Made by a program: the position numbers and the translations under genes. Shown piece after piece: positions 9,396-18,046 of a stretch of 43,504 nt of DNA. This stretch comes from a virus (lineage: Duplodnaviria; Heunggongvirae; Uroviricota; Caudoviricetes). A model generated the notes under the pieces. The model ran no database searches. It was given only the letters and a program-made list of their open reading frames with translations, and had not been told where the DNA came from. The stretch covers positions 1-43,504 of the IMG/VR virus record IMGVR_UViG_646862326_000012; one strand, given 5' to 3'. The first letter of the stretch is position 1, and every line of letters begins with the position of its first letter.

Positions 9396-9624
9396 TCCGT
9401 TGATCCTCAATATTTGCCGTTTGCTTCAGCGTAAAAAAACATCAATTCCTACAGTTGGGCAGTGGTACACCACGCCTGCAGGGCATGTTCTACGTGTTAG
9501 CCTGGTTGACCGTGAATGCCAGAAGGTGATTTGTGAACCGCTGGGCCGTAATTACCGCGTCAGTATGCCGCTTATAGCCTTTCGCTCCGGAAAAAACATG
9601 AAGCATCTCGGAGGTGCAGCATGA
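9388..9624 (+). CDS. Hypothetical small protein (78 aa)
   Basis: GGAGGG ribosome-binding site 8 nt upstream; ATGA overlap with the downstream replication gene. Confidence 0.45.
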   Translation: MLNPLILNICRLLQRKKTSIPTVGQWYTTPAGHVLRVSLVDRECQKVICEPLGRNYRVSMPLIAFRSGKNMKHLGGAA

Positions 9625-10439
9625 GTATGGAGCTGATGGTTAAAGCGATGAAAATTCGAGTGGGTAATCCATTGCGAAAACTGGTTCTGATCAAGCTGGC
9701 TGATAATGCCAGCGATCAGGGTGAGTGCTGGCCCAGCTACCAGCATATTGCTGACCAGTGCGAGATTAGCAAACGTTCTGTGATGAATCATATTGCGGCC
9801 CTTTGTGAGTCCGGGCTGGTAAAAAAAGTCACCCGGAAAGGTGAAAAAGGTAACTCAAGTAATATCTATCTCCTTCATCTGGATGGTGCAGGAGATTCAC
9901 TAGGGGGTAGTGCAAATAATTCACTATCTGGTGCAGCAAATTCACTAGGTAGTGCAGGAGTTGCACCAGGGGGTAGTGCAGGAGATTCACCCAGAACCAG
10001 TCACTCTTTTGAACCAGTCAAAGAACCAGTCAATGAACCAATAGCTGTTGGTGCATCAGTTGATGAGCCCGTGCGAGTTCGTTCAAACCGACCGGAATAC
10101 TCTCCGGAGTTTGAGCAGGCATGGCTGGCATATCCCAAACGTGCTGGTGGCAATTCAAAATCTGCAGCCTTCAAAGCCTGGAAAGCCCGTTTGAATGAGG
10201 GAGTAAACCCCGAAACCATGCTGGAAGGTGTGAAACGCTACGCGGGCTGGGTATCTGCGATGGGTAACAGCGGCACACAATTTGTGAAACAGGCTGTCAC
10301 GTTCTTTGGTCCGGATCGTCATTTCGAAGAATTCTGGGAAGTTCCTGCGGTATCTGCAGCCAGACGCGAGGACCCGTACTTCAAAGCCAGTTACGACAAC
10401 GTGGACTACAGCCAGATCCCGGCAGGATTCAGGGGGTGA
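9621..10439 (+). CDS. Replication initiation protein (O-like, N-terminal HTH)
   Basis: 272 aa. N-terminal winged-helix/HTH region (LVLIKLADNASDQGECWPSYQHIADQ...) typical of phage replication-initiator N-domains. Central low-complexity linker encoded by iteron-like DNA repeats. Confidence 0.6.
   Translation: MSMELMVKAMKIRVGNPLRKLVLIKLADNASDQGECWPSYQHIADQCEISKRSVMNHIAALCESGLVKKVTRKGEKGNSSNIYLLHLDGAGDSLGGSANNSLSGAANSLGSAGVAPGGSAGDSPRTSHSFEPVKEPVNEPIAVGASVDEPVRVRSNRPEYSPEFEQAWLAYPKRAGGNSKSAAFKAWKARLNEGVNPETMLEGVKRYAGWVSAMGNSGTQFVKQAVTFFGPDRHFEEFWEVPAVSAARREDPYFKASYDNVDYSQIPAGFRG
9885..10045. repeat. Iteron-like direct repeats inside the O-like gene (candidate ori)
   Basis: About 4 copies of a ~24-bp unit (ATTCACTAGGGGGTAGTGCA-like), followed by 3-4 copies of GAACCAGTCA. 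Arrangement is analogous to lambda ori iterons embedded in gene O. Confidence 0.5.
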
Positions 10440-10441
10440 TC

Positions 10442-10930
10442 ATGAGTCTTTTGAATGAAGTTCAGAAATTCATTGAAGCCCATCCGGGGTGTACTTCCGG
10501 AGACATTGCGGATGCTTTTGCAGGTTACTCACGGCAGCGCGTTCTGCAGTCAGCAAGCAAGTTACGTCAGAGTGGGCGTGTGGCTCACCGTTGTGAAGGA
10601 GATACACGCAGACATTTCCCACGCCTGACTGAGAGAGCGCAGGAGCCGGAACCACAACCAGTTCGTGAAACCAGACCTGTGCGCAATTTCTATGTCGGCA
10701 CTAACGATCCCCGGGTGATTTTGTGCCTGACCCGCCAGGCGGAAGAACTGGAGTCCAGGGGCTTATACCGTCGTGCTGCAACGGTGTGGATGGCGGCATT
10801 CCGTGAAAGCCACTCCCAGCCAGAACGAAACAATTTTCTGGCGCGTCGTGAGCAGTGTTTACGGAAAAGCAGCAAGCGCGCTGTATCGGGTGATGAGTGG
10901 TATCTGTCAGGGAATTACGTGGGGGCTTAA
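10442..10930 (+). CDS. Hypothetical regulator, possibly PerC-family-like C-terminus
   Basis: Start at ATG 10442 with AGGGGG ribosome-binding site. N-terminal winged-helix-like segment; C-terminal LESRGLYRRAATVWMAAF resembles the PerC/Pch family motif as remembered. Weak. Confidence 0.4.
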   Translation: MSLLNEVQKFIEAHPGCTSGDIADAFAGYSRQRVLQSASKLRQSGRVAHRCEGDTRRHFPRLTERAQEPEPQPVRETRPVRNFYVGTNDPRVILCLTRQAEELESRGLYRRAATVWMAAFRESHSQPERNNFLARREQCLRKSSKRAVSGDEWYLSGNYVGA

Positions 10931-11583
10931 TGAGTAATAAATATTGCCAGGAGCTGGTGGAACTGCGGAACAAACCAGCCCATGAACTGAAGGAAGTGGG
11001 TGATCAGTGGCGCACGCCGGACAACATTTTCTGGGGAATTAACACCTTGTTTGGCCCGTTTGTTCGGGATCTGTTTACTGACGGTGATAACGCCAAATGT
11101 GCTGCGTATTACACGGCGGAAGACAACGCGCTGGCGCATGACTGGTCAGAACGTCTTGCGGAGCTTAAAGGTGCTGCCTTTGGTAATCCCCCATACAGCC
11201 GCGCCAGTCAGCATGAGGGGCAATACATCACCGGCATGCGTTACATCATGAAACATGCCAGTGCCATGCGTGATAAAGGTGGGCGCTATGTTTTCCTGAT
11301 CAAAGCTGCCACCAGCGAAGTTTGGTGGCCGGAAGATGCAGACCATATTGCTTTTATTCGCGGGCGTATTGGTTTTGAACTGCCAGCCTGGTTTATCCCG
11401 AAGGACGAGAAGCAGGTGCCGACAGGCGCTTTCTTCGCTGGTGCTATTGCTGTTTTCGACAAGACCTGGAAGGGACCGGCAATCAGCTACATCGGGCGCG
11501 ATGAACTTGAGGCATGTGGTGAGGCCTTTCTGGCGCAGGTTCGCCAGCAGGCGGAAAAACTGGTCAGGGAGATGGCGGCATGA
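10930..11583 (+). CDS. Phage N6-adenine DNA methyltransferase (Dam-like)
   Basis: 217 aa; NPPY catalytic motif (FGNPPYS) diagnostic of N6-adenine/N4-cytosine methyltransferases. TAATG overlap with the upstream gene. Confidence 0.85.
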   Translation: MSNKYCQELVELRNKPAHELKEVGDQWRTPDNIFWGINTLFGPFVRDLFTDGDNAKCAAYYTAEDNALAHDWSERLAELKGAAFGNPPYSRASQHEGQYITGMRYIMKHASAMRDKGGRYVFLIKAATSEVWWPEDADHIAFIRGRIGFELPAWFIPKDEKQVPTGAFFAGAIAVFDKTWKGPAISYIGRDELEACGEAFLAQVRQQAEKLVREMAA

Positions 11584-11906
11584 CGACATTAACTCAATGC
11601 CAGCAGCAGGTGCTGGATATGCTGATTTCTTACCAGAAAGAACGTGGCTTCCCGCCAACCAATCAGGAGGTGGCAACCATGCTGGGATACCGTTCAGTGA
11701 ATGCAGCGGTGGAGCATCTTCGCGCACTGGAGAAAAAAGGCGTCATCACGATAAAGCGTGGCGTGGCCCGGGGGATAACGCTTCATACCGCGGTGAAGGA
11801 CGACGACAGCGAGGCGGTCGGGATTATCCGCTCACTGCTTGCCGGTGAGGAAAACGCAAGGCTGCGTGCAACCCACTGGTTACATGAGAGGGGCCTGAAA
11901 GCATGA
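11580..11906 (+). CDS. LexA N-terminal DNA-binding-domain protein (no peptidase domain)
   Basis: 108 aa. Alignable by eye to the LexA winged-HTH domain (QQQVLDML...GFPPTNQEVATMLGYRSVNAAVEHLRALEKKGVI); ends before any S24 domain. Confidence 0.75.
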   Translation: MTTLTQCQQQVLDMLISYQKERGFPPTNQEVATMLGYRSVNAAVEHLRALEKKGVITIKRGVARGITLHTAVKDDDSEAVGIIRSLLAGEENARLRATHWLHERGLKA

Positions 11907-12292
11907 AGCTGATCCTGCCTTTTCCGCCCAGCGTGAACACGTACTGGCGACACCCCAACAAAGGGGCGTTTGCAGGTAAGAGCCTGATAAGCGCGGCGGG
12001 GCGCAAATTCCAGAGCGCGGCGTGTGCAGCAATAGTTGAGCAGTTACGTCGTCTGCCAAAACCAACGTCGGCACCTGCTTCAGTGGAGATCGTGTTGTTT
12101 CCTCCGGATAACCGGATCCGCGATCTGGACAACTATAACAAGGCGCTGTTTGACGCCCTGACCCACGCGGGTGTGTGGGAAGACGACAGTCAGGTGAAAA
12201 GAATGCTGGTGGAGTGGGGACCGGTTATCCCGGAAGGGAAGGTCGAGATCACTATCAGTAAGTACGAGAAAACGGCGGGTGCAGCCGCCTGA
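11903..12292 (+). CDS. rusA: RusA Holliday-junction resolvase
   Basis: 129 aa; MKLILPFPPSVNTYWR start and DLDNYNKALFDAL catalytic region typical of RusA. Confidence 0.9.
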   Translation: MKLILPFPPSVNTYWRHPNKGAFAGKSLISAAGRKFQSAACAAIVEQLRRLPKPTSAPASVEIVLFPPDNRIRDLDNYNKALFDALTHAGVWEDDSQVKRMLVEWGPVIPEGKVEITISKYEKTAGAAA

Positions 12293-12311
12293 TTAAGAGG
12301 AGAAACGAAGT

Positions 12312-13154
12312 ATGAATAATCTGATGGTCATTGATGGTATTGAAGTTCGTCGTGATGCTTATGGACGTTACAGCCTGAACGATCTGCATCGCGCAGCAGT
12401 AGCATCTGGTGCAAATGCCAGAACCAAGGAGCCGGGAAAGTTTCTTTCCAGCCAACAGATTACTGAGCTGGTTCAGGAATTGATCGATACCCAAAATCTG
12501 GGTGTCGGTTCATTCAATGAAACTACCCAAAATTTGGGTAGTAAACCTGTCAGTAAAATAGAAGGGCGGAATGGCGGAACATATGTCTGTAAGGAACTGG
12601 TGTATGCCTATGCAATGTGGATCAGCCCGTCATTCCATCTGAAGGTGATCCGCACTTTCGACATGGTAACCAGCGCACCGGAAAAATTATCCGGGCAGGC
12701 TGCTGACAAGATGCAGGCTGGCGTGATTCTGCTGGACTTTATGCGCCGGGAGTTAAATCTGTCTAACTCATCAGTGCTTGGTGCCTGTCAGAAACTTCAG
12801 GAGGCTGTTGGCTTACCGAATCTGGCACCGCGCTATGCCATTGATGCTCCTGCTGATGCACACGATGGCTCAAGTCGCCCGACACTGTCACTGAGTGCAC
12901 TGCTGAAACAGTATGGTATACGCCTGACGGCTAATCAGGCATATCACCAGATGGCGAAGCTGGGGATCGTTGAACAACGTGAACGATACAGCCGCACTGC
13001 GATTAACAACATCAAAAAATTCTGGTCGCTGACGGCGAAAGGCTGCATGTTCGGCAAAAACATCACCAGTCCCGCAAATCCGCGCGAGACGCAGCCGCAT
13101 TTCTTCGAATCCCGATTCCCTGAGCTGTTAAAGCTGCTCGATACCGTTCATTGA
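12312..13154 (+). CDS. KilA-N domain protein (antirepressor-like)
   Basis: 280 aa; N-terminal VIDGIEVRRDAYGRYSLNDLHRA matches the KilA-N domain signature. Confidence 0.75.
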   Translation: MNNLMVIDGIEVRRDAYGRYSLNDLHRAAVASGANARTKEPGKFLSSQQITELVQELIDTQNLGVGSFNETTQNLGSKPVSKIEGRNGGTYVCKELVYAYAMWISPSFHLKVIRTFDMVTSAPEKLSGQAADKMQAGVILLDFMRRELNLSNSSVLGACQKLQEAVGLPNLAPRYAIDAPADAHDGSSRPTLSLSALLKQYGIRLTANQAYHQMAKLGIVEQRERYSRTAINNIKKFWSLTAKGCMFGKNITSPANPRETQPHFFESRFPELLKLLDTVH

Positions 13155-13155
13155 G

Positions 13156-14151
13156 GTGACCGTGAGAGCACTACTGACCCCTGAAATTGCCCCGCGTATG
13201 GGGATCGTATTGTTCAGGCCCGGTTCAGAGCTGATGCCCCTGTTTATGCAGGGGCGTGTCCTGCTGGAGCCTGAGCCGGAACGTTATTCATCTTTCGCCA
13301 GTGGTGCCGTTCCGGCGGCATCACAACCGCTGGCGGATGATCCTGCCGTTCGGGCCGTGTTCCGCAATGAGGCAGTGATCCGTCGTGCTGGTGGCGTGGA
13401 ATGTCTTGAAAGCTGGTTACTTCGTGAAAAAGGCTGCCAGTGGCCTCATTCCGACTGGCACAGCGAGAACATGACAACAATGCGACACGCTCCGGGCGCA
13501 ATCCGTCTGTGCTGGCACTGCGATAACCAGCTGCGCGATCAGTTCACGGAACGGCTGGAATCAATGGCAACGGATAACTGTACCCGCTGGGTGTTGTCTG
13601 TTGTGCGTCGGGATCTCGGTTTTGATGACAGTCACGTTGTGACAATGCCGGAACTGTGCTGGTGGCTGATTCGTAATGACCTGGCGGATGCCTTACCGGA
13701 AAGTGCAGCCCGTAAGGCACTGAGATTACCGAAGCCTGTTGTGCCGTCTGTCACCCGGGAAAGTGACCTTGTGCCTTCGGTTCCCGCCACCAGCATCATC
13801 CAGAATAAAGCGAAAAAGGTGCTGGCGCTGAAAGTGGATCCGGAGTCGCCGGAGTCTTTTATGTTACGCCCAAAACGTCGCCGCTGGGTTAATGAAAAGT
13901 ACACGCGCTGGGTTAAGACACAGCCGTGTGCATGTTGTGGAAAGCCTGCTGATGATCCCCACCACCTGACAGGTCACGGTCAGGGTGGAATGGGAACAAA
14001 AGCGCATGACCTCTTTGTGTTGCCTTTGTGCAGAAAGCATCACGACGAGCTGCATGCGGATACCGTGGCATTTGAAGAGAAGTATGGCTCCCAGCTGGAG
14101 CTGATATTTCGTTTTATCGATCGTGCGCTGGCAATAGGCGTACTGGCGTAA
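13156..14151 (+). CDS. DUF968 family protein (Zn-binding/HNH-like C-terminus)
   Basis: 331 aa; apparent GTG start; C-terminal CxxC...HH cluster (QPCACCGKP...HHLTGHG...CRKHHDELH). Typical position between rusA and Q in lambdoid prophages. Confidence 0.65.
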   Translation: MTVRALLTPEIAPRMGIVLFRPGSELMPLFMQGRVLLEPEPERYSSFASGAVPAASQPLADDPAVRAVFRNEAVIRRAGGVECLESWLLREKGCQWPHSDWHSENMTTMRHAPGAIRLCWHCDNQLRDQFTERLESMATDNCTRWVLSVVRRDLGFDDSHVVTMPELCWWLIRNDLADALPESAARKALRLPKPVVPSVTRESDLVPSVPATSIIQNKAKKVLALKVDPESPESFMLRPKRRRWVNEKYTRWVKTQPCACCGKPADDPHHLTGHGQGGMGTKAHDLFVLPLCRKHHDELHADTVAFEEKYGSQLELIFRFIDRALAIGVLA

Positions 14152-14164
14152 GTGGAGAACGAGC

Positions 14165-14917
14165 ATGAACCTTGAATCCTTACCGAAATATTACTCCCCA
14201 AAATCTCCAAAATTGAGCGATGACGCACTGGCGACAGGCTCGGGTGGTTTAACAATTACGGATGTGATGGCTGCGCAGGGGATGGTGCAGTCGAAAGCAC
14301 CGCTTGGTTTTGCCTTATTCCTGGCAAAAGTTGGTGTTCAGGACCCTCAGTTTGCGATTGAAGGTCTGCTCAATTACGCGATGGCACTGGATAACCCGAC
14401 ATTGAACAAATTGAGTGAAGAAAACCGGTTACAGATCATCCCTTACCTTGTGAATTTTGCCTTTGCTGATTATTCCAGGTCTGCGGCAAGTAAGGCTCGC
14501 TGTGAGCATTGTGCAGGTACGGGATTTCATAATGTATTGCGCGAAGTGGTGAAACACTCCAGAAGCGGGGAGTCTGTTGTCAAGGAAGAGTGGGTGAAGG
14601 AACTATGTCAGCATTGTCATGGTAAGGGAGAAGTCAGCACAGCGTGCAGAGGGTGTAAGGGTAAAGGTATTGTACTGGATGAGAAAAGAACCCGGCTTCA
14701 TGGTGCGCCTGTTTATAAGATTTGTGGGCGTTGCAATGGAAACCGGTTTAGCCGTTTACCAACCACACTGGCGCGGCTTCATGTCCAGAAGCTGGTACCA
14801 GACCTGACGGATTATCAGTGGTACAAAGGATATGCAGATGTCATTGATAAACTGGTTACAAAGTGCTGGCAGGAAGAAGCATATGCAGAGATACAATTGA
14901 GAAAGGTGACAAGATAA
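14165..14917 (+). CDS. Late-gene antiterminator Q (Zn-finger type)
   Basis: 250 aa with repeated CxxCxGxG zinc-finger-like motifs. Located immediately upstream of a strong terminator and the lysis cassette. Confidence 0.75.
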   Translation: MNLESLPKYYSPKSPKLSDDALATGSGGLTITDVMAAQGMVQSKAPLGFALFLAKVGVQDPQFAIEGLLNYAMALDNPTLNKLSEENRLQIIPYLVNFAFADYSRSAASKARCEHCAGTGFHNVLREVVKHSRSGESVVKEEWVKELCQHCHGKGEVSTACRGCKGKGIVLDEKRTRLHGAPVYKICGRCNGNRFSRLPTTLARLHVQKLVPDLTDYQWYKGYADVIDKLVTKCWQEEAYAEIQLRKVTR

Positions 14918-15022
14918 ATGGTTTTCGCCGAAGATAACGACATGATGCTTGCATTTTTCAAAAAATATGGATAAGATTTTCCCAACGATGGGCTTTGTAT
15001 GTCTACCGTTGATAAGATTTAA

Positions 15023-15050
15023 GAACCCGCCGCTGAGCGGGTTTTTTTGT
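15023..15050 (+). terminator. Rho-independent terminator (tR'-like) downstream of Q
   Basis: ACCCGCCGCTGAGCGGGT hairpin followed by TTTTTTT. Confidence 0.65.
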
Positions 15051-15197
15051 GCCTGATGTCTCATGAAACTATGAAATGGATTGGTGCGTTAAACATTTTT
15101 TCTTATTATCTTTTAGATTTTGGAGAGATGGGTAACGTCTGTATTCCAGAAACTCGATGAATATTTAATAAATTAGTTTCAATGATGCTTCTAGGTT

Positions 15198-15623
15198 ATG
15201 AGTGTAATGAAAAAGGTATTAATAGCAGCGATAGGTTTTTGTTTAGTTGGTTGTGCAGGTATGAAATTACCTGAGTATTCGCAAGTTAAAGCAAGTCCGT
15301 ATTATACAGATTGCCGTGCGTTTGCCATGGATGTTTATAAAAATGATGGATACAGCAAAATTGCGAAAACCACTATCCTTAGCATGGATGATGTGAAGGC
15401 TAGATATATTGTGACAGGGTGTGTAGTTGCTATGGGGAAAAACACTGTAGAGGAAATTAAAGCTGATCTCTCTGCTAAAGGGAGTTCTTTTGGGCTTATC
15501 AGTGGTGCTTGTTCTAGTGCTGCATGTCGGGTTGATGTAGAGCAGCAAATGAACGCTTATATACTTGGTAGTTATTATGCTGCAAATAAAAAATTCCCGG
15601 ATAAAATGAAAGCAGAGTTTTAA
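15198..15623 (+). CDS. Lipoprotein moron (141 aa)
   Basis: Signal peptide with lipobox LVGC (Cys19). AT-rich. Flanked by two near-identical intrinsic terminators between Q and the tRNA cluster. Confidence 0.7.
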   Translation: MSVMKKVLIAAIGFCLVGCAGMKLPEYSQVKASPYYTDCRAFAMDVYKNDGYSKIAKTTILSMDDVKARYIVTGCVVAMGKNTVEEIKADLSAKGSSFGLISGACSSAACRVDVEQQMNAYILGSYYAANKKFPDKMKAEF

Positions 15624-15701
15624 GCAAACCTTGTTTTCGATTATATGCCGAAGATAAATGTTAGTAACGGCATAATAAGTAAATATATAGCTGTGATAGC
15701 A

Positions 15702-15726
15702 ACCCGCCACTGAGCGGGTTTTTTGT
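15702..15726 (+). terminator. Rho-independent terminator after the lipoprotein gene
   Basis: ACCCGCCACTGAGCGGGT hairpin plus T-run; near-duplicate of the terminator at 15023-15050. Confidence 0.65.
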
Positions 15727-15843
15727 ACCTGTAAACTTGGTGCAGTACAGTAAACACGCTGGTGGACAAGTGAAAAACAGCATTTAATCAGGCCTTCTGA
15801 AGATATTGCAGTATTAATTCCGTAACGTTATTATTCTGCGCGC

Positions 15844-15919
15844 GGCCCTTTAGCTCAGTGGTGAGAGCGAGCGACTCATAATCGCCAGGTCGCTGGTTCA
15901 AATCCAGCAAGGGCCACCA
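15844..15919 (+). tRNA. tRNA with CAU anticodon (Ile2/lysidine-type, ileX/ileZ-like; could be scored as Met)
   Basis: 76-nt cloverleaf folded by eye: acceptor GGCCCTT/AAGGGCC, anticodon loop CTCATAA, T-loop TTCAAAT, 3' CCA. Close to E. coli ileX as remembered. Confidence 0.8.
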
Positions 15920-15920
15920 A

Positions 15921-15990
15921 CTGCCACTAGCTCATCAGGAAGGAGCTTCAACCCTTTAAGTGCGAGGTTCGAGTCCCCGGTGGCGGTCCA
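15921..15990 (+). pseudogene. Degenerate tRNA-like element (possible tRNA-Arg remnant)
   Basis: Acceptor stem, D-arm, T-arm (GGTTCGAGTCC) and CCA are present, but the anticodon arm is too short to fold canonically. ACCCTTTAAGT resembles the argU anticodon region with deletions. Confidence 0.35.
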
Positions 15991-15992
15991 GT

Positions 15993-16068
<76 letters not shown>

Positions 16069-16071
16069 TAT

Positions 16072-16146
<75 letters not shown>

Positions 16147-16152
16147 GTTAGA

Positions 16153-16276
16153 GTCTTTCAGTCTGCGATGATGGGAAATCCCGGAGTGACTGAAAGACGT
16201 TTAAGTTATGAATGATCGCTTTTTTTGCAAAATTGCTGTGCAGAAATACTAACCTTCGGGCAGGCGATCATTCATA
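16153..16276 (+). other. Structured non-coding region with two long inverted repeats
   Basis: Inverted repeat 1: GTCTTTCAGTC (16153-16163) / GACTGAAAGAC (16188-16198). Inverted repeat 2: TATGAATGATCGC (16207-16219) / GCGATCATTCATA (16264-16276), with an internal T7 run. No ORF. Confidence 0.4.
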
Positions 16277-16437
16277 AGCACTCTGCTTTTATTCCGATTA
16301 ACTGTGGGTGGTTTGTTGGATAGAGTGCTTCCCTTACTGTATATATTGTTTCGCCCGTTTTTGCGGGTTTTTCTTTTCAAATCCCTTTCATTTCTCAGTG
16401 TAAAACTACGCCATCCGTTATTTGCGGAGGTGAGGCT

Positions 16438-16653
16438 ATGAAATCCATGGACAAAATTTCAACGGGCATTGCCTACGGCACCTCCGCAGGTAGTGCCGGG
16501 TACTGGTTTTTACAGTTGCTCGATAAAGTCACGCCCTCACAGTGGGCGGCAATAGGTGTGCTGGGTAGTCTGGTATTTGGCTTGCTGACGTATCTGACAA
16601 ACCTTTATTTCAAGATTAAAGAAGATAAGCGTAAGGCTGCGAGAGGTGAATAA
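16438..16653 (+). CDS. Class II holin (phage 21 S21-type)
   Basis: 71 aa; near-identical in pattern to S21 ([24 protein letters not shown]...), two TM segments, charged C-terminus. GGAGGTGAGG ribosome-binding site. Confidence 0.9.
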   Translation: MKSMDKISTGIAYGTSAGSAGYWFLQLLDKVTPSQWAAIGVLGSLVFGLLTYLTNLYFKIKEDKRKAARGE

Positions 16654-17150
16654 TGTCACCATCATTACGCAAGGCTGTTGCTGCTGCTATTGGTGGTGGG
16701 GCTGTTGCTATAGCGTCTGTGCTCATCACTGGTCCAAGTGGTGACGATGGTCTGGAAGGTGTCAGCTACATACCATACAAAGATATCGTTGGTGTATGGA
16801 CTGTATGTCACGGACACACCGGAAAAGATATCATTCCCGGTAAAACGTATACCGAAGCAGAATGCAAAGCCCTCCTGAATAAAGACCTTGCTACGGTCGC
16901 CAGACAAATTAACCCGTACATCAAAGCTGATATACCAGAAACAACACGCGGCGCTCTTTACTCGTTCGTTTACAACGTGGGCGCTGGCAATTTCAGAACA
17001 TCGACGCTTCTTCGCAAAATCAACCAGGGCGATATCAAAGGTGCATGTGATCAACTACGTCGCTGGACATATGCTGGCGGTAAGCAATGGAAAGGGCTGA
17101 TGACTCGCCGTGAGATTGAGCGTGAAGTCTGTTTGTGGGGGCAGCAATGA
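16653..17150 (+). CDS. SAR endolysin (R21-type lysozyme)
   Basis: 165 aa; N-terminal Gly/Ala-rich signal-anchor-release segment followed by a lysozyme-like domain. Overlaps the holin stop. Confidence 0.9.
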   Translation: MSPSLRKAVAAAIGGGAVAIASVLITGPSGDDGLEGVSYIPYKDIVGVWTVCHGHTGKDIIPGKTYTEAECKALLNKDLATVARQINPYIKADIPETTRGALYSFVYNVGAGNFRTSTLLRKINQGDIKGACDQLRRWTYAGGKQWKGLMTRREIEREVCLWGQQ

Positions 17151-17584
17151 GCAGAGTAACCGCGATTATTTACGCTCTGGTTATCTGCATCATCGTCTGC
17201 CTGTCATGGGCTGTTAATCATTACCGTGATAACGCAATCGCCTACAAAGAGCAGCGCGATAAAGCCACATCCATCATCGCTGACATGCAGAAGCGTCAAC
17301 GTGATGTAGCAGAACTCGATGCCAGATATACAAAGGAGCTTGCTGATGCTAATGCGACTATCGAAAGTCTCCGTGCTGATGTTTCTGCTGGTCGTAAGCG
17401 CCTGCAAGTCTCCGCCACCTGTGCAAAGTCAACGACCGGAGCCAGCAGCATGGGCGATGGAGAAAGCCCAAGACTTACAGCAGATGCTGAACTCAATTAT
17501 TACCGTCTCCGAAGTGGAATAGACAGGATAACCGCGCAGGTTAACTACCTGCAGGAATACATCAGGACGCAATGCCTTCGATGA
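17147..17584 (+). CDS. Rz i-spanin
   Basis: ATGA overlap with the endolysin stop; N-terminal TM segment then coiled-coil-rich periplasmic domain. Confidence 0.8.
   Translation: MSRVTAIIYALVICIIVCLSWAVNHYRDNAIAYKEQRDKATSIIADMQKRQRDVAELDARYTKELADANATIESLRADVSAGRKRLQVSATCAKSTTGASSMGDGESPRLTADAELNYYRLRSGIDRITAQVNYLQEYIRTQCLR
17319..17522 (+). CDS. Rz1 o-spanin (embedded in Rz, +1 frame)
   Basis: Lipobox VVSAC followed by a Pro-rich segment ([13 protein letters not shown]), fully inside Rz. True start is probably an internal Met (17346 or 17352). Confidence 0.65.
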   Translation: MPDIQRSLLMLMRLSKVSVLMFLLVVSACKSPPPVQSQRPEPAAWAMEKAQDLQQMLNSIITVSEVE

Positions 17585-17854
17585 TAGCGATAGTTTTACT
17601 CATCATCCTTCACATCTGGCTCTGTAGACAGGGTGGTGCTCACTTCTGGAGTGAATCCAGATTAAACATCTCATTGCTGATGCTTGATATTGAGCATCTG
17701 GCGCGCGGTAAGGGGCAGCGTTGAGATAAGAGTCAGTTCATTACAAAGCCTATCTACGGATGGGCTTGATAATGGTTTGTTAACCTCGCTTAGCACGAAC
17801 GGCATTACCGCAGGCATTCACTGAGTGCCTGCGATAATACTTTTGATAGTCAGA

Positions 17855-18046
17855 TTACAGGATAAAAATTAGATCGAAGTAATAACCTCCTTCCATTGTG
17901 ATTTTTCCTTCACGGTATAACTCGCAAAGAGAATCGAAAGTTTCTTCATGATTATCGTTCTCAGGGAACCATGCTGGCTGGAAAGCAACTTTTCCTTTTT
18001 CATTCATTACTTTTAACATATAAGGGATAATATATTGTTTCTTCAT
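17855..18046 (-). CDS. Hypothetical small protein (63 aa), AT-rich moron
   Basis: ORF on the opposite strand between Rz and cos. AAGAGG ribosome-binding site 7 nt upstream of the ATG. Local AT-rich composition. Confidence 0.5.
   Translation of the reverse strand: MKKQYIIPYMLKVMNEKGKVAFQPAWFPENDNHEETFDSLCELYREGKITMEGGYYFDLIFIL

Noticed and set aside
11146-11848. 193-aa minus-strand and 170-aa plus-strand ORFs overlapping the Dam methyltransferase and LexA-like genes
   Set aside because: The sense-frame genes carry diagnostic motifs (NPPY, LexA HTH). The alternatives are Arg/Ser/Pro-rich frame artifacts.
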